Below are positions 50,891 to 63,709 of a stretch of 64,000 nt of DNA, piece after piece. The position numbers were made by a program, and so were the translations under genes. The notes under the pieces are model-generated. The model saw only the letters and a program-made list of their open reading frames with translations. It had not been told where the DNA came from and ran no database searches. How positions within the stretch are numbered: the first letter of the stretch is position 1; each line of letters starts with the position of its first letter. Origin of the DNA: Vicugna vicugna (taxonomy: Eukaryota); NCBI GenBank assembly GCA_013265495.1, contig MU058824.1, positions 2,197,111 to 2,261,110 of the forward strand. The letters run 5' to 3'.

Positions 50891-53199
50891 AAGTAAAGTA
50901 TATTTGTTGTACAAAGAAGTTAATGGCCACCACCAAAGAAATCTCAAAGCCAAAGAGAACTTGCAGCTACTTTATCATTCTAACACATCCACTGTCAAAA
51001 TTAAGCCTTCATTTATTTCTCAGTTCTAGTTTACATTATTCCATGTTGATCTTTCTAGCAGCCAGGAGAATGAAGTCAGATACTTACTGCAATGCCCATT
51101 GCACAGATGAGGAAGCTGAGACACAGATAATAGTTCCCATCTTCTTGTTGAACAGATGAGGGGACTGTAACCCAGAAAAAGGGAAGATTTGCCTCAGTCA
51201 CCTAGCAGGTTAGAGGGCAGCCCAGGACTAGAACTTCTGTCTTCCCATTCTTAAAACTATCTTGGCTGCTGTTTCAGGGCAGCTGTAGTCAAAGCTTAAA
51301 TTTGGCCAATTGGGGAAAGCAAAGGAGAGTAATTCTCATCTTGCCCCCACCTCCTTCTCACCTTTGAGTTAAGCAATAAAGCTGAAAAGATCCTTCAACA
51401 AACAAATCCCTCCTCATTACAGAATCCACAGGCACATCAGCTCTTAGGAAACCTGCAAGGCAAGCTCCTTAGAAAGGAGGGCTGTTTGAACATGCCTGTC
51501 CAGGTGCCCTCTTTCCTGTTCACTCTCAAAAAGGCAGAATGTCTGCTTCGGGAGCAGCAGCTCAGTGGACATCCAGGTTCCCAGACCCCATGATGAGACT
51601 GGCTAGGGATGGTGGGAGCAGAAGGCTTCCAAGAGCAGGCTTCCAGGAATGCACGTTGGCCAAGGCACGATCTACACTTTCCTATTCCAAAGGTAGATTT
51701 TTTCTCAATGTTGGAAAATACTCCAAAGTGTTTGTCATTGATGGAAAAGGGCATTTTTGAAGTGAGACCCACTGGGTGATCAAATGAAGCTCACTCCTAG
51801 GCCAGAAGATGAATCCAGAGAAGAAGAGCTCTTTTCCTTCAAATGAAAAGTGAAGCCTCATTGTCCCTTTTAGACTCTGCGAAAACTGGATTAGTAAGAA
51901 ATGGTTTTGCTCCTGAAACTGGGGCCAGGAACTCTGGGCAAGTTTTGGCTGCACCAAGAGGTAGAGTTGCCTTAGAGAAGGACAGTGTTTGTTTAGTCAT
52001 GAAAGGCAGAGAAAAGACTCCACTTGGTCATCTTATTTGAGAGCTAGAGAATGGTTTCTCCATTTGCATAAACAAAATATTAAAGCTTTTTCTTCAAGAA
52101 ACCTATATCTCAGGGGAAAGGAATGCAATCATTCCAGTAATTAACAATTCCCCCAAGAAGTGTGGTTTGCATCATACGTGATCTTCTCATTTTCATCCTC
52201 CTTGTTCCCGGAAAATGCAGTGTTTCTTCTCCAGGGCCTCATGGAGGAAAGATGGAATTGACAAGAAGACTCTGCATACCTATGATGTCAGAGTCCAACA
52301 TTTCAACTCTTGGCTGATCAGCTTTTAAGATTAGAAAATACAGTATGGCTCAGGGAAAGATTCTGAACGTTGCTGTCACATCAACATGGATTTGAATCCT
52401 GGTCCTACTTGGTAGCTGTGTGATGGACCTTCAGAGAACTGGCTAACCTCTCTGTGTCTTCGGTTTCTCCTCTTTAGATTGGGATAAGAACTCCTATTTA
52501 ATAGTATTGTTGGGAAAGCCCAGCCCCCTAGAGAGTTCTATTATATAGAAGGTGCTTAGGAGACATTCTCGTTGAGTATGTCTTGACTATCTCTAACTCA
52601 CTCTTAAGTAGTCTCGTTTTCCAGGAATATGTGTTAATCAAGGATTCCTCTTTATTTCCCTCAGATAAATAAGAACTTCTTTCTTCCTGCTGTTTTAAAA
52701 ATAACTACTATATGGAGCCATGGAAAAGTTAATTTTAATGATAGCTTTCAAAACATTCAGTAGATTAACTGGTACTTTTCTGAGCAAGCTAGTCACACTG
52801 TAGCTCTCTCTACCTCTCCTTTGTAGCAATTACCACCATTTTAATTGGTTAATTAATTGTGAAATGAATTGTTTAATTATGATCTGTCTTACCAGAATGT
52901 GAGGTTTTGAAGAAGGCAGGGTTAGTAGGGACAGTATCTGTCATGTTTATTGCTATATTCCTCGTACCAGGTGCTGGCTGGTGTGTGTGTTTGTGCGTGC
53001 GTGCACTTGTGTGTAATCCAATAAGTATTTGCGTGACCAAATGATTTAATGACTAACTAAGCCTTGGAAAAAAACTAACCAATAAAAGGAAGATGTTTCT
53101 ATTGGAAGAAAAATATTTCATGTGATATTATAGCAGATGATAATGCATGAATTTTACTGAAGTTTTGACTGAATTGTGTATGGCAATTTAGACATAGCC

Positions 53200-53665
53200 C
53201 GTGAGAGATGACTATGGGCATAGCTCTAGAGTTGATGGCTTTAAATCCCAGTTCTGTCACTTCCTTGCTGTGTGACTTTAGACAGTTAAGTCCTTTTATA
53301 CCTACAGAACTTCATCTGTAAAATAGAAAACAGTATTTATCTCTGGGCTTTGCTCTGAGGATTACAGGTAATATAAGTGATGCTTTAATATAGTACCTGG
53401 CACATATTGCATGTTTGATAAAGACAGAACCTTCGAGAGGCAGTGCCGTATAATGGTTAGGAATGTAGCTTTTGGTGTTAGAGTGCCTGAGTTCAAATCT
53501 TCACGCTGTTACTTATTAGCTGTGTGACTTTGCACAAGGTACTTAACTTCTTTGTGCCACATTTTCTCTCATCTATAAAATGGGGATGATAATAATAATA
53601 ATACATACCTTTTATGGTCACTGTGAGATTTAAATATAATTAATATGGGTAAAATGCTTAGAGTG
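53200..53665 (+). mobile_element. Two tandem MIR copies
   Basis: aaatcccagttctgtcacttccttgctgtgtgacttt...; agttcaaatct...tagctgtgtgactttgcacaaggtacttaacttc...ctcatctataaaatgggga. Confidence 0.8.
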
Positions 53666-54739
53666 GTGTGTGTGTGTATGAGATGTGAGTATATACACAC
53701 ACATATATTAAACATAATAGAATTATTCTTTGGTAGCAAATGTTTATCCTTTGAGGGTACAGTCATTTTCAGAAGCAGCCAAACATTAATCTTAGCCATG
53801 TAAATGATCAAGCTGAGAAATAGAGTTTTGGGTAAAAATCAAGTGTTTTATTTATTCACTTTGTATTTCTTTAGCCCTGAATGTCAAAGGAACCAGGAAG
53901 TCAGGCATGAATTGGACACTGGGTTTGCTCTCGAGGGGCCCCTGGCCAGGCTGAGGAGACAGATACACATGTCAGCAATTGCCAGAAAGTCCAGATAGCT
54001 CCTTGGAGCAGGAGGCAGGAAGCTTGAATTCTAGCTCCAGCTGTGCTTTGAACTTGCTGTGTGGCCTTGGACAAGGGCCTTTCCGTCTCTGGGCCTTTGT
54101 GTTGGGGGAGTTAAATTTGATGTGATCTGTGGAGCCACCCTGCTTTGTGTTCCTTGGATCTTTTGATTTTTTTTTCAATAAGATGGTGCTTCTTCCAGCA
54201 GTTTCCATCTTCCAAAGCCTGTGCGGCCTCTGCAGGAAGGTGTGTGAATTCCACCTGCTGAGAGGTTTCCAAACTGCCAGCCCCACTAGTCCGCCTTGAG
54301 TAAAGGCCTTTCTTGGCCCTGAGGGGAGGAAGTCAGAGACCTGCTCCCTCCCCTCATTGGCCACAATGAGGGAGAGCACTGGCTTCATCTGGGTCTCACA
54401 ACCCTGTGTGTACAATAAAGAGGCTCTGCCTAGAGGTCTCCTAGGTTCCTTCAGCTCCTCTACCCCATGCTGTCAAGTTGTTAGGACAATAAGAGCTGTT
54501 AACTTCCAGTGCAGCATTTCACAAACTGAGTTCAGTGAGACATTATATTCTGTGGGGTATGAATAGGATTCAGTAAAACAAAAGGTGGTGGTAAGGAGGG
54601 GGGTTGTTCCAGCCTCAGATAAGTGTGGGAAATATTTAGTTAAATTTAAATAAGAATCCTCAGATGTTAATTACATCTGGAACTCCCTCCAGGAGCAATG
54701 CAGCAGACAGACAAAGTAGTCTCACAAAATAACTGAGAG

Positions 54740-54960
54740 CACAGGCTGGGTTTTGAATCCTCGTTCTCTTACTTTCTAGCTGTGTGACCATGGGGAAGTT
54801 GACTAGCCTCTCTGAGCTGCAGTTTCCTCATTTGTAGTTCAGAGGGGAAAATGGAACCTGCTTTTCAGCATTATTAGGAGGGTGAAATGCAGCATTGCGT
54901 GCAAAATGCTCTGCATAGGGCCTGAAATGTGAGCACTCAGTACACACCAGGTATTACTGT
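54740..54960 (+). mobile_element. MIR SINE
   Basis: tagctgtgtgaccatggggaagttgactagcctctctgagctgcagtttcctcatttgta. Confidence 0.78.
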
Positions 54961-56181
54961 TATACTGCCCAGGGGACTTTTGTGTGGAAAAATGGTTATA
55001 AGCATCTCTCAGGATGCTGGCATTCCATGAGCAAGGGTGGCAAATGCTGACTGACCTACTTGTTTTGAGCGCTACGCCGCTTTGTCACCATGACATCGGA
55101 AGACTCCTGTCAACATCTGCCCCACCTCTCCGTCCAGGTGCACTGATCAGGGTTTCTCAGGACGTGATGGGGACAGAGCATGGGCACCTTGTACAGGGTT
55201 CAAAAATCTCAGGTGAGCCCAGGGAAGGGTGAGGAGGCTGTGTAGTAGGAGCAGGGGCCTGTGAGAGGATGAAGCTGGAGAGGTGGGCTTGGGGAATGTT
55301 GCGGGAGGCCCTGTGAATTCCATCTGCTGAGAGGTTTACAGACCTCTCTGGACGGGGTATTTGGATTTGTCCCTGTGGCAGCAGGGAATTGTGCTCAAGG
55401 TGTTTGAGCACAGCTGCTAGCTCCAGTGTGACTAGGGGCACTGGCTCCCGCTCCACATTGTCACAGCTCCTCTGTCTTGAACATCCAGGGCCTGTCTGGG
55501 AGGCCAGCAGCAGGAACAGCGTGATGCACCAGGAGGCAGGAGGTAAGAGTGTTGGCCCCGACTCAGTGCTGGGTGCCTGGGACACATCACTTTCCCTCTG
55601 TGTGTCTCAACCGCCACTTCTATAAAATGGGAGGAACCATCATTCCTGAGCAGCCTAACCCACAGGGCTGCAGTGAGGATTCAGTGAGGTAAAGTATTCC
55701 AACAAGCCCACTAAGTGGAGATCCTGCTATGTGCCAGTTCCTGTGTTCAGGCCTAGGGAAGACTGAGATGAACAACACTGATCCTTGCCCTTGAGGGGCT
55801 CACCATGTTCTGGTTACCAGACAACACAATAAGGCTATGGTCAAGTTAAACCCTAGAAGGAGCCTTTGCCCAGTGTCTGGGGAAGAAAGGCTGTGAGATG
55901 AGGGAGACATTCAGCAAATCTCCCCAGAGGAGGTGGCACCCCCAGTGGTTAACGTATGAAGGAAGAAATGACGTTGCAGCAGAGGAAACTGCATGAGCAA
56001 AGGTATGGAAAAACGAAATGCTGTGGTCTATATGGGCAAACAAGTGGCAAGTGGTATTATCAGGACATTAATTTTGAGATTTGGAAGGAGACTTAATGGA
56101 CACTGCTGACAGGAACAATGCTTGCATTTAAACAGATTTACATAGCTAAAGCTAAAGAAGTGAAGTTCTAACAGCAGAATT

Positions 56182-56705
56182 TCAGGAATTAGCTAGTATA
56201 ACGCTTTTTTTTTTTTTTTCCCCCTTGAAATTGTACCATGGTTCCGTTGTTCTCTATGATAGGTTACATCAGTGATGTTGGGCAGACTGCAGGTCTTGAA
56301 TGCCCGGCCAAGGGGTTTGCTCTATAGTCTGCAGACTAATGGAAGAATTAGCCACAAAAGCCAGAGGATTTAGAATGGAATCCTTGGCATTCTCTGCATG
56401 TGCAGGGCTGGCTAGGCAAGGAGGTTCCCAGAAGGAAAACAGAATCAGGAATTAGCTAGTAAAACGCTTTTTTTTTTTTGTCCCCCTTGAAATTGTACCA
56501 TGGTTCCGTTGTTCTCTATGATAGGTTACATCAGTGATGTTGGGCAGACTGCAGGTCTTGAATGCCCGGCCAAGGGGTTTGCTCTATAGTCTGCAGACTA
56601 ATGGAAGAATTAGCCACAAAAGCCAGAGGATTTAGAATGGAATCCTTGGCATTCTCTGCATGTGCAGGGCTGGCTAGGCAAGGAGGTTCCCAGAAGGAAA
56701 ACAGA
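56182..56705 (+). repeat. Near-perfect tandem duplication of a unit of about 262 bp
   Basis: 56182-56443 versus 56445-56705; differences only at tataacg/taaaacg and in the T-run. Confidence 0.95.
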
Positions 56706-58742
56706 GAGACCTTTGCCCTCCTCCTGCACTTAGGCAAAAAGCAGAATTAGGATAAAGTTGGCTGAGTGATCTGGCTATTGTGCCTGCCCTTTGGGTGTCA
56801 CCATCCAATCTGCCATAGTGCAGGGGGCTTAAGGCATGCTGCTCAGGAGGCAGGGTGGTAAGCCCCAGCTGCTGCTCGGGCTTTGGGGAACTACTACATG
56901 TGAATAAGCCTGAGCCAAGGAATTAGTCCTGTTGTTGCCTGGAGGAAAGAGCTTGGCTGTACCTCCCTAGTTGGGGACACACACTATCCAGCCTGCTGCC
57001 ACTGGGGGGAAGTTGCTCAGCCTGTTTCTCCAGGCTCCCTGGAACCTCTGAGCTTGAGAGCTGAAATCTCCCATTGCAAGGCTTCCAGAGTGGAGAAAAG
57101 CAAAGGCTGAGAGACATAGGGCCTGGCTCTGCCCTTAGGCCCTTGTGTGACCTTGGGCAAGTCTGTTCACTTCATTGAGCCTCAGTTTCCTCATTTCCAG
57201 AAGGAGGAAAGTCGTCCAATGGCATATATGAGCATTAAATAAGTTAATGTGTTTGGAAGGGCTTTGAGTGGAAGAGGTATCATTATCTTTATTAAAAGAG
57301 ACAGAAGTGGAGAGCAGAAAAGCATGACAATAACTGGAAGTGTGAATGCCCCCATACTATTTGATAATCTCAAATTATTAAAAAGTTTTAAGGAATAGTA
57401 AGTGTATTAGGTTATGTTTTAAAAATTAACTATATCCCTTAATGGAACATACTGAAATATTTATAGACAAAACTATATAATATCTGAGACATGCTTCAAA
57501 ATAAGGAAGGATAAAAGCCCGAATTGCCAAAGAAATCTTGAAAAAAAAGGACAATACTGGAGGAGTCATGCTGCCTGACTTTAGACTATACTACAAAGCT
57601 ACAGCAGTCAAAATATCATAGTACTGGCACAGTAACAGACACATAGATCAATGGAGCAGAATAGAAAGCCCTGAAATAAACCCACGCACTTGTCAATTAA
57701 TTTATTGACAAAGGAGGCATGAATATACGATGGAGAAAAGACAGCCTCTTCAATAAGTGATGCTGGAAAAACTGGACAGCTACATGTAAAAGAATGAGAT
57801 TAGAAGTTCTGGTCAAGATGGTGGAGTGCTAGGACCACGAGCTTGCCTCTTACAACTACAATGAAACCACAACTGAATGCTAAACAACCATCGAAAAAAG
57901 ACTGGAACCTAGCAAAAAAGATCTTCTGCAACTGGAAACATAAAAAGGGAACCACAACAGGACAGTAAGAGGGGTGTGCTCATGATATAATTGGGCCCCA
58001 TACCCCCAGGGGTGGGCGACCCAGAAGCTGAAGATTTGTTAAGATGCAGAGGCTCTCCCACAGGAGTGAGAGCTCTAAGCCCCACGTCAGACTCCCCAGC
58101 TCAGGTCCCGGCATTGGGAAGAGAAGGAGACGTCAAGACATCTGGTTTTGAAGGCCAGGGGGTTTGGCTCTGGGAACCTCATGGAAGTGGGGAAAACAAG
58201 AGACTCCGTTTGCTTGAGAAGCGTACACAGAAACTCACGTGCACCAAATCCAAGGGCAGAGGCATTGATTTCATAGGAACCTGGGCCAGACCTGCCTACT
58301 GGATTTGGAGGGTCTCCTGGAGATGTGGGGGATGGCTGCAGCTCACTCAGGGGCCATAAAAGCTGGTGGCAGACATTCCGGGAGTGTTCATCTACATGAG
58401 CTTTCCTGGAGGCTGACATCTTGATTGGATCATCAGCCCCAAGACCTAGCCCCACCCAACAGCCTGTAGAGAATCCTCAGGCCATACAACATACAGAGTG
58501 GGAACACAGCCACACCCATCATCAGACTTCCTAAGCCACAAAGCCTCTAGTCACAGCCCTACCCACCAGAGGTCCAGGACCAAGCTTCACCCAGCAGTGG
58601 GCAGGCACTGGCTCCTCCTGCCAGGAAACCTGCATAAGCCTCTAGTCTAGCCTCATCCACCAGGGGCAGATACTAGAAATAAGAAAACAACAATCCCAAA
58701 GCCTGTGGAAGGAATCCACAAACACATAGAAAGATAGACAAT

Positions 58743-59614
58743 ATGAGGCAGCAAAAGAATATCTCCTAGGCCAAGGCACAAGATGAAATCCCAGAGGAAG
58801 AAATAAGTGATGAGGAGAGAGGGAATTTATCTGAGAAAGAGTTTAAAGTAATGATGGCCAGGATGTTCAGAGAACATAAGAGGAGTATAGATGCACAGAG
58901 TGAAGTTTTTAGCAAAGAGTTGGAAAATATAAAGAATATCCAAACAGAGTTGAAGAATAAAATCACTGAAATGAACAATACACTAGAAGGAACCAAGAAT
59001 AGACTAAATGAGGCAGAAGAATGGATCACTGAGCTAAAACACAGATTAGTGGAAATCACTACTTCAGAGTAGAAAAAAGAATAAAAAGGAATGAGGATAG
59101 TTTAAGAGAACTCTGGGACAACATGAAGTGCTCTAATATTCTCATTATAGGGGGCCCAGAAAGAGAAGAGAGAAAGGACCTGAGAAAATTTTTGGAGAGA
59201 TAACTGAAAACTTCCCCAACTTGGGAAAGGAAATAGTCACCCAAGTCCTGGAAGTGCAAAGAGTTCCACACAGAATCAACCCAAAGAGGAACACACATAG
59301 TCATCAAATTGACAACAATTAAGGCTAAGGAGAAAATATTAAAATTAGCAAGAGGAAAGCAACAAATAACATACAAGGGAACTCCCATAAGGTTATCAGC
59401 TGATTTTTCAGCAGAAACTCTACAGGCCAGAAGGGAGTGGCATGATATATTTAACATGATGCAAGGGGAAAACTTATAACCAAGAATACTCTATCCAGCA
59501 AGGCTCTCATTCAGACTTGATGGAGAAATCAAAAGCTTCACAGATAAACAAAAGCTAAAAGATTTCAGCACCACCAAAGCAGCTTTACAACAAATGTTAA
59601 AGGACCTTCTCTAG
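58743..59614 (+). pseudogene. Decayed L1 ORF1p coding sequence
   Basis: MRQQKNIS*AKAQDEIPEEEISDEERGNLSEKEFKVMMARM...coiled coil NIQTELKNKITEMNNTLEG...ITYKGTPIRLSADFSAETLQARREWHDIF...LQQMLKDLL*; contains stops and frameshifts. Confidence 0.9.
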
Positions 59615-59672
59615 TCATCAAATCATAAGAGTACAAAAAGAAGAGAAAAAAAAAAAAAGAGAGACCTACAAA

Positions 59673-60200
59673 AGATTGCTTTGGCTGTTCTGGGTCTTTT
59701 GTGGTTCCTTATAAATTTTGGAATTATATGTTCTAGTTCTGTGAGGAATGTCGTGAGTATTTTGATGGGGATTGCATTGGATCTGTGGATTGCTTTGGGT
59801 AGTGTGGACATTTTGACAGTGTTGATTCTTCCAATCCAAGAGCACAAGAAGTCTTTCCATTTCTTTGTGTCATTTCGGTTTTCGGAGTATAGGTAACCTT
59901 CTTGGTTGGATTTATTTCTAGGTATTTTGTTGTTTTTGATGTAATGGAAATGTCTCTGCCAGTTATAAAATTCTGGTTTTTGAAGTGAACAAAAGTGAAT
60001 GAAGGGCCGCAAATGGCAAAATATTCTCCTTTTTTATGGGTGAGTTGTGTTCCATTACATATATATATATAATATTATATATATATACTGCAGCTCCATT
60101 ATCTGTTCAACTCTTGATGTGCACTTAGGATGCTTCCATATCTTGGCAATTGTAAATAATGTTGCTATTAATAGCGAGGTGTATGTATCTTTTTGAATTA
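59673..60200 (-). mobile_element. Inverted L1 ORF2 fragments inside the composite element
   Basis: Minus strand [39 protein letters not shown]...[11 protein letters not shown] (about 59673-59950, with small internal deletions), then an antisense ORF2 C-terminal piece (about 60009-60200). Confidence 0.85.
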
Positions 60201-60324
60201 ATTCTTATTTTGTGGTTGGCTTTATTCCTTTGATAACTATGTAAGTTTAAAAAGCTAAAGCTCTAAACATTCTTAGAAATAATGAACAGTACATATATGT
60301 AAATTTAAAAATACACATGCAGGA

Positions 60325-60840
60325 AAAAAATGATCTATCAAGCCACAAAAGACATAGAAGAAACTTAAAAGACATATTATTAAATGAAAGAAACCAGTCT
60401 GAAAAGGCTACGAACTGTACGATTTGAACCAAATGACATTCTGGAAAAGGCACAGCTATAGAAACAATAAAAAGATCATAGTTTCCAGAGATTTGGGGAG
60501 AGGGAGGGAGAGAGGAATGAATAGATGGAGCACAAGGGATTTTTAGGGCAATGAAATTATTCCTTATGATACTACTATAGTGGCTCATGTCATTATGCAT
60601 TTGTCAAAACCTTTAGAATGTACAACATCAAGAGTAAACCCTAATGTAAACTATGGACTTTGGTTGATAATAAGGTGCTCGTGTTGGTTCATCAACTGCA
60701 CCAAATATGCCACACTGATGAGGGATGTTGAGGGTAGGGGAGTATATATGTGTGGGTGGGGAAGGCTACATGGGAACTCTGTATTTTCTGTTCAATTCTC
60801 TTATGAGCCTGAAACTGCTCTAAAAGAATAAAGTCTATTA
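60325..60840 (+). mobile_element. L1MC1/2-type 3' end forming the tail of the composite element
   Basis: Same motifs as 47917-48490 (caagccacaaaagac, gaaagaaaccagtctgaaaag, caagagtaaaccctaatgtaaactatggac, gttggttcatcaactg, aaactgctctaaaa). Confidence 0.85.
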
Positions 60841-62589
60841 AAAATTAAAAAAAAAGAAAAAAAAAGAATGAGATTAGAACATTTTCTAATACCATAAATA
60901 AAAATACCTGAAACCATAAAACTCCTAGAAGGGAAGATTGGCAGAACACTCCTTGGCATAAATTGTAGCAATGTTTTTAAAAAATCCGTCTCTTAAGGCA
61001 AAAGAAATAAAAGCAAAAATAAACATATGGCACTTAATTAAATTTAAAAGCTTTCACACAGCGAAAGAAACCATCAACAAAACAAAAAAGGCAATCTACT
61101 AAATGGGAGAAAATATTTGTAAATGTTATGATCAGTGAAGGGTTAATATCCAAAACCTATAAACTGCTCATACAACTCAATATACTAAAAAACAAAAGCA
61201 AAAAACCCAGTTAAAAAAATGAGTGGAAGACCTGAATAGACATTTTTTGCAAGAGGGTATACAGATGGCCAACAGGCACATGAAAAACTGCTCAACATTG
61301 CTAATCATCAGAGAAATGCAAATCAGAACCACAATGAGATATCACCTTATACCTGTCAAAATGGCAATCATCAAAAAGTCTACAAATAACAAATAACAAA
61401 TATTGGCAAGGATGTGGAAAAAATGGAACCCTAGTACAGTTGGTGGGATTGTAAATTGGTGCAGCTATTGTGGAAAACACTATGGAGGTTCTTCAAAAAA
61501 CTAAAAGTAGAACTACCATATGACCTAGCAGTTCTGCTGCTGGGTATATGTCTAAAGAAAATGAAAAGATACATGCACTCTAGTATTCATAGCAGCATTA
61601 TTTACAACAGCCAAGAAATTGAAACAACCTAAGTGCCCAACAACAGATGAATGGGTAAAGAAGTTGTGGTAAAAATACACAATGGAATATTACTCAGCCA
61701 TTAAAAATGAAATTCTGTCACTTGCAACGATGTGGATGGACCAAGAGAGTATTATACTTAGTGAAATAACTAAAACAGAGAAAGATGAGTACTCAATGTT
61801 ATCACTTTCATGTGGAATCTAAAAAAAATAAAACAAATGAGTGTATATAACAAAACAAAAACAGACTCACAGATTTAGGGAACAAGCAAGTGGTTACCAG
61901 TGGGGATAGGGAAGAGGGAGAAGTGAGATAGGGGTGTGGGATTAAGAGATACAAACTACTATTATAAAATAAATAAGCAACAAGGATATATTGTACAGCA
62001 CAGGGAAATACAGCCATTATTTTGTAATAACTTTAAATGAAGTATAAAAATATTGAATAACTATGTTGTGCATATGAAACAAATATAATGTTGTAAATCA
62101 ACTATGCTTCAGTAAAAAAAAAAATTAAAAGAGGGAGATGGGAAGAAACAGAGAGATAGGATAGGAATGAGGGAGGTAGAAAGAGAATGACTCCAGAGGA
62201 ATGGCCAGGAGGCTGGAATGGGGTGAAAGGAGAGGGAGAGGATGAATCAGGGAAAAAGAGACATCAAAGGGTACAGGGTGGGGAGAAAGGAGAAGAGCAG
62301 AATCAGTTGGCCCTTCCTTCTCTTTCTCGTCAGATCCCTCAGGTGACAAAATATCTCTAACTGCCTCAGCTGCTGGTTGAGGAGGGTGGGAGATGGGAAG
62401 GCCATACCTGTCTCCCTGGGCGTCCTATCTTTTCCTAGAGACCTCACAACTTTTACCATGTAAGGTAATATTCACAGGTTCCAGAAATTAGGACATAGAC
62501 ATATCTTTGGAGATACTGTTCAGGCCACCACTCCATCTGATAACCCGATAGACTCATGGAATCACCCGCGGTCTCTCATTCATTATATA

Positions 62590-62830
62590 ACTTAGTTGTT
62601 AGGAACAAAAGCTCTGGAGTCTGACTCCTAGGTTCCCATCCTAGCTCTGCCGTTGACTGTGGGACCTTGGGCAACTTCCTTAATCTCTCAGCACCTCAGT
62701 TTTCTTGCCTGAAAAATTGAAGATAGTATCTCCCTTGTAGGGTTGTAATAAGCATTAAACAAAATGCTCTGTAAAAGCACACAGTATATTACCTGGCACA
62801 CAGTAACCACTCAGTAAATGTTAGCTATTG
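62590..62830 (+). mobile_element. MIR SINE
   Basis: gctctggagtctgactcctaggttc...gaccttgggcaacttccttaatctctc...cctggcacacagtaaccactcagtaaatgttagctatt. Confidence 0.82.
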
Positions 62831-62837
62831 TTAGAGA

Positions 62838-63328
62838 CAGTGGTTTTAGGATATGTCCACAAATTCTTTAATATTCCTTCCTTCAAGAGGTGAGGCTTAA
62901 TTCTCCTCCTCTTGAGTATTGACTGGACCTAGTGCCTCACTTCTAATGAATAAAGCAGAAGAGACCATGTGTGACTCAAGGACTAGGTCATAAAAGATGC
63001 TACAGCTTGCTCCTTTCTCTCTCTTTAATCACTTGCTCTTGGGAAGTGAGCTTTTGTGTCATAAGGACCTCATGGCAAGGAACTGAGGTCTTTAGCCATC
63101 AGCCAGCAGTAAGTGAATTTTTAAGAGGATCCTCCAGTCCCAGTCAAGCCTTCAGATGACTGAATCTCTAGACAATACCGTGATTGCAATCTCATGACAG
63201 ACTCTGAGCCAGACGACCCAGCTAAGCTACCCTTGGCTCTCTGACCCATAGAAATTGCGAGGTAACGAATGTTGTTTTAAGACACTAAGCTTTAGGGTGA
63301 TTTGTCATACAGCAACAGCTAACTACTA
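62838..63328 (+). mobile_element. MaLR (MLT1-type) solo LTR
   Basis: ccacaaattcttt...gactaggtcataaaag...cccagtcaagccttcagatgactg...gttgttttaagacactaagc...tacagcaacagctaactac. Confidence 0.85.
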
Positions 63329-63709
63329 AATTAGCTATTATTTTTTAATCTTTAGACATTAATTATCTATTGCATGCCAAGCAAAGGAGATTATAGGGAT
63401 GGCAGAGTACCTGCCCTCAAAGAGCATTCAGTCTAGTGGAGATTGGAAGGGGTAATGGAATATAAAACAGGGTTTGCAGTAGAATGTGAGACAGTGCCAA
63501 TGTTATCCGAAGCACAGACAAGGTAGAAAAATGCTTTATTAAGACAGTATTTTGTTAAAAAAAAAAAAGGGCGGGGATGTCTGCTGATCTGGTTGGGCCC
63601 ATCTAGAGCACCAGAATATAGGCTGAAGTTCAGTGGAATCCAGCCAGTGTAGGGGTCTGCATATAACAGTACTTGGAGAGACTTTATGAAGGAAAAAAAA
63701 CCTCAGTAA

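Larger units (their letters stand above)
57806..60861 (+). mobile_element. ORF1-only composite L1 derivative (HAL1-like or transduction product)
   Basis: Perfect 18-bp TSD aaaagaatgagattagaa at 57788-57805 and 60862-60879; 5' end with decayed YY1 motif caagatggtgg (57814-57824); ORF1; no sense ORF2; AATAAA at 60827-60832; A-tail at 60840-60861. Confidence 0.85.
57512..62125 (+). mobile_element. Host 5'-truncated L1 (ORF2 3' part plus 3'UTR), split into 57512-57805 and 60880-62125
   Basis: ORF2 remnant [28 protein letters not shown]...WKNWTATCKRMRLE resumes as HFLIP after the insert; 3'UTR and A-tail at about 62114-62124. Confidence 0.9.

Noticed and set aside
58657..58669. CTCF-like motif ccaccaggggcag in the L1 5'UTR
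   Set aside because: One G short of the consensus and inside a decayed repeat; not supportable.
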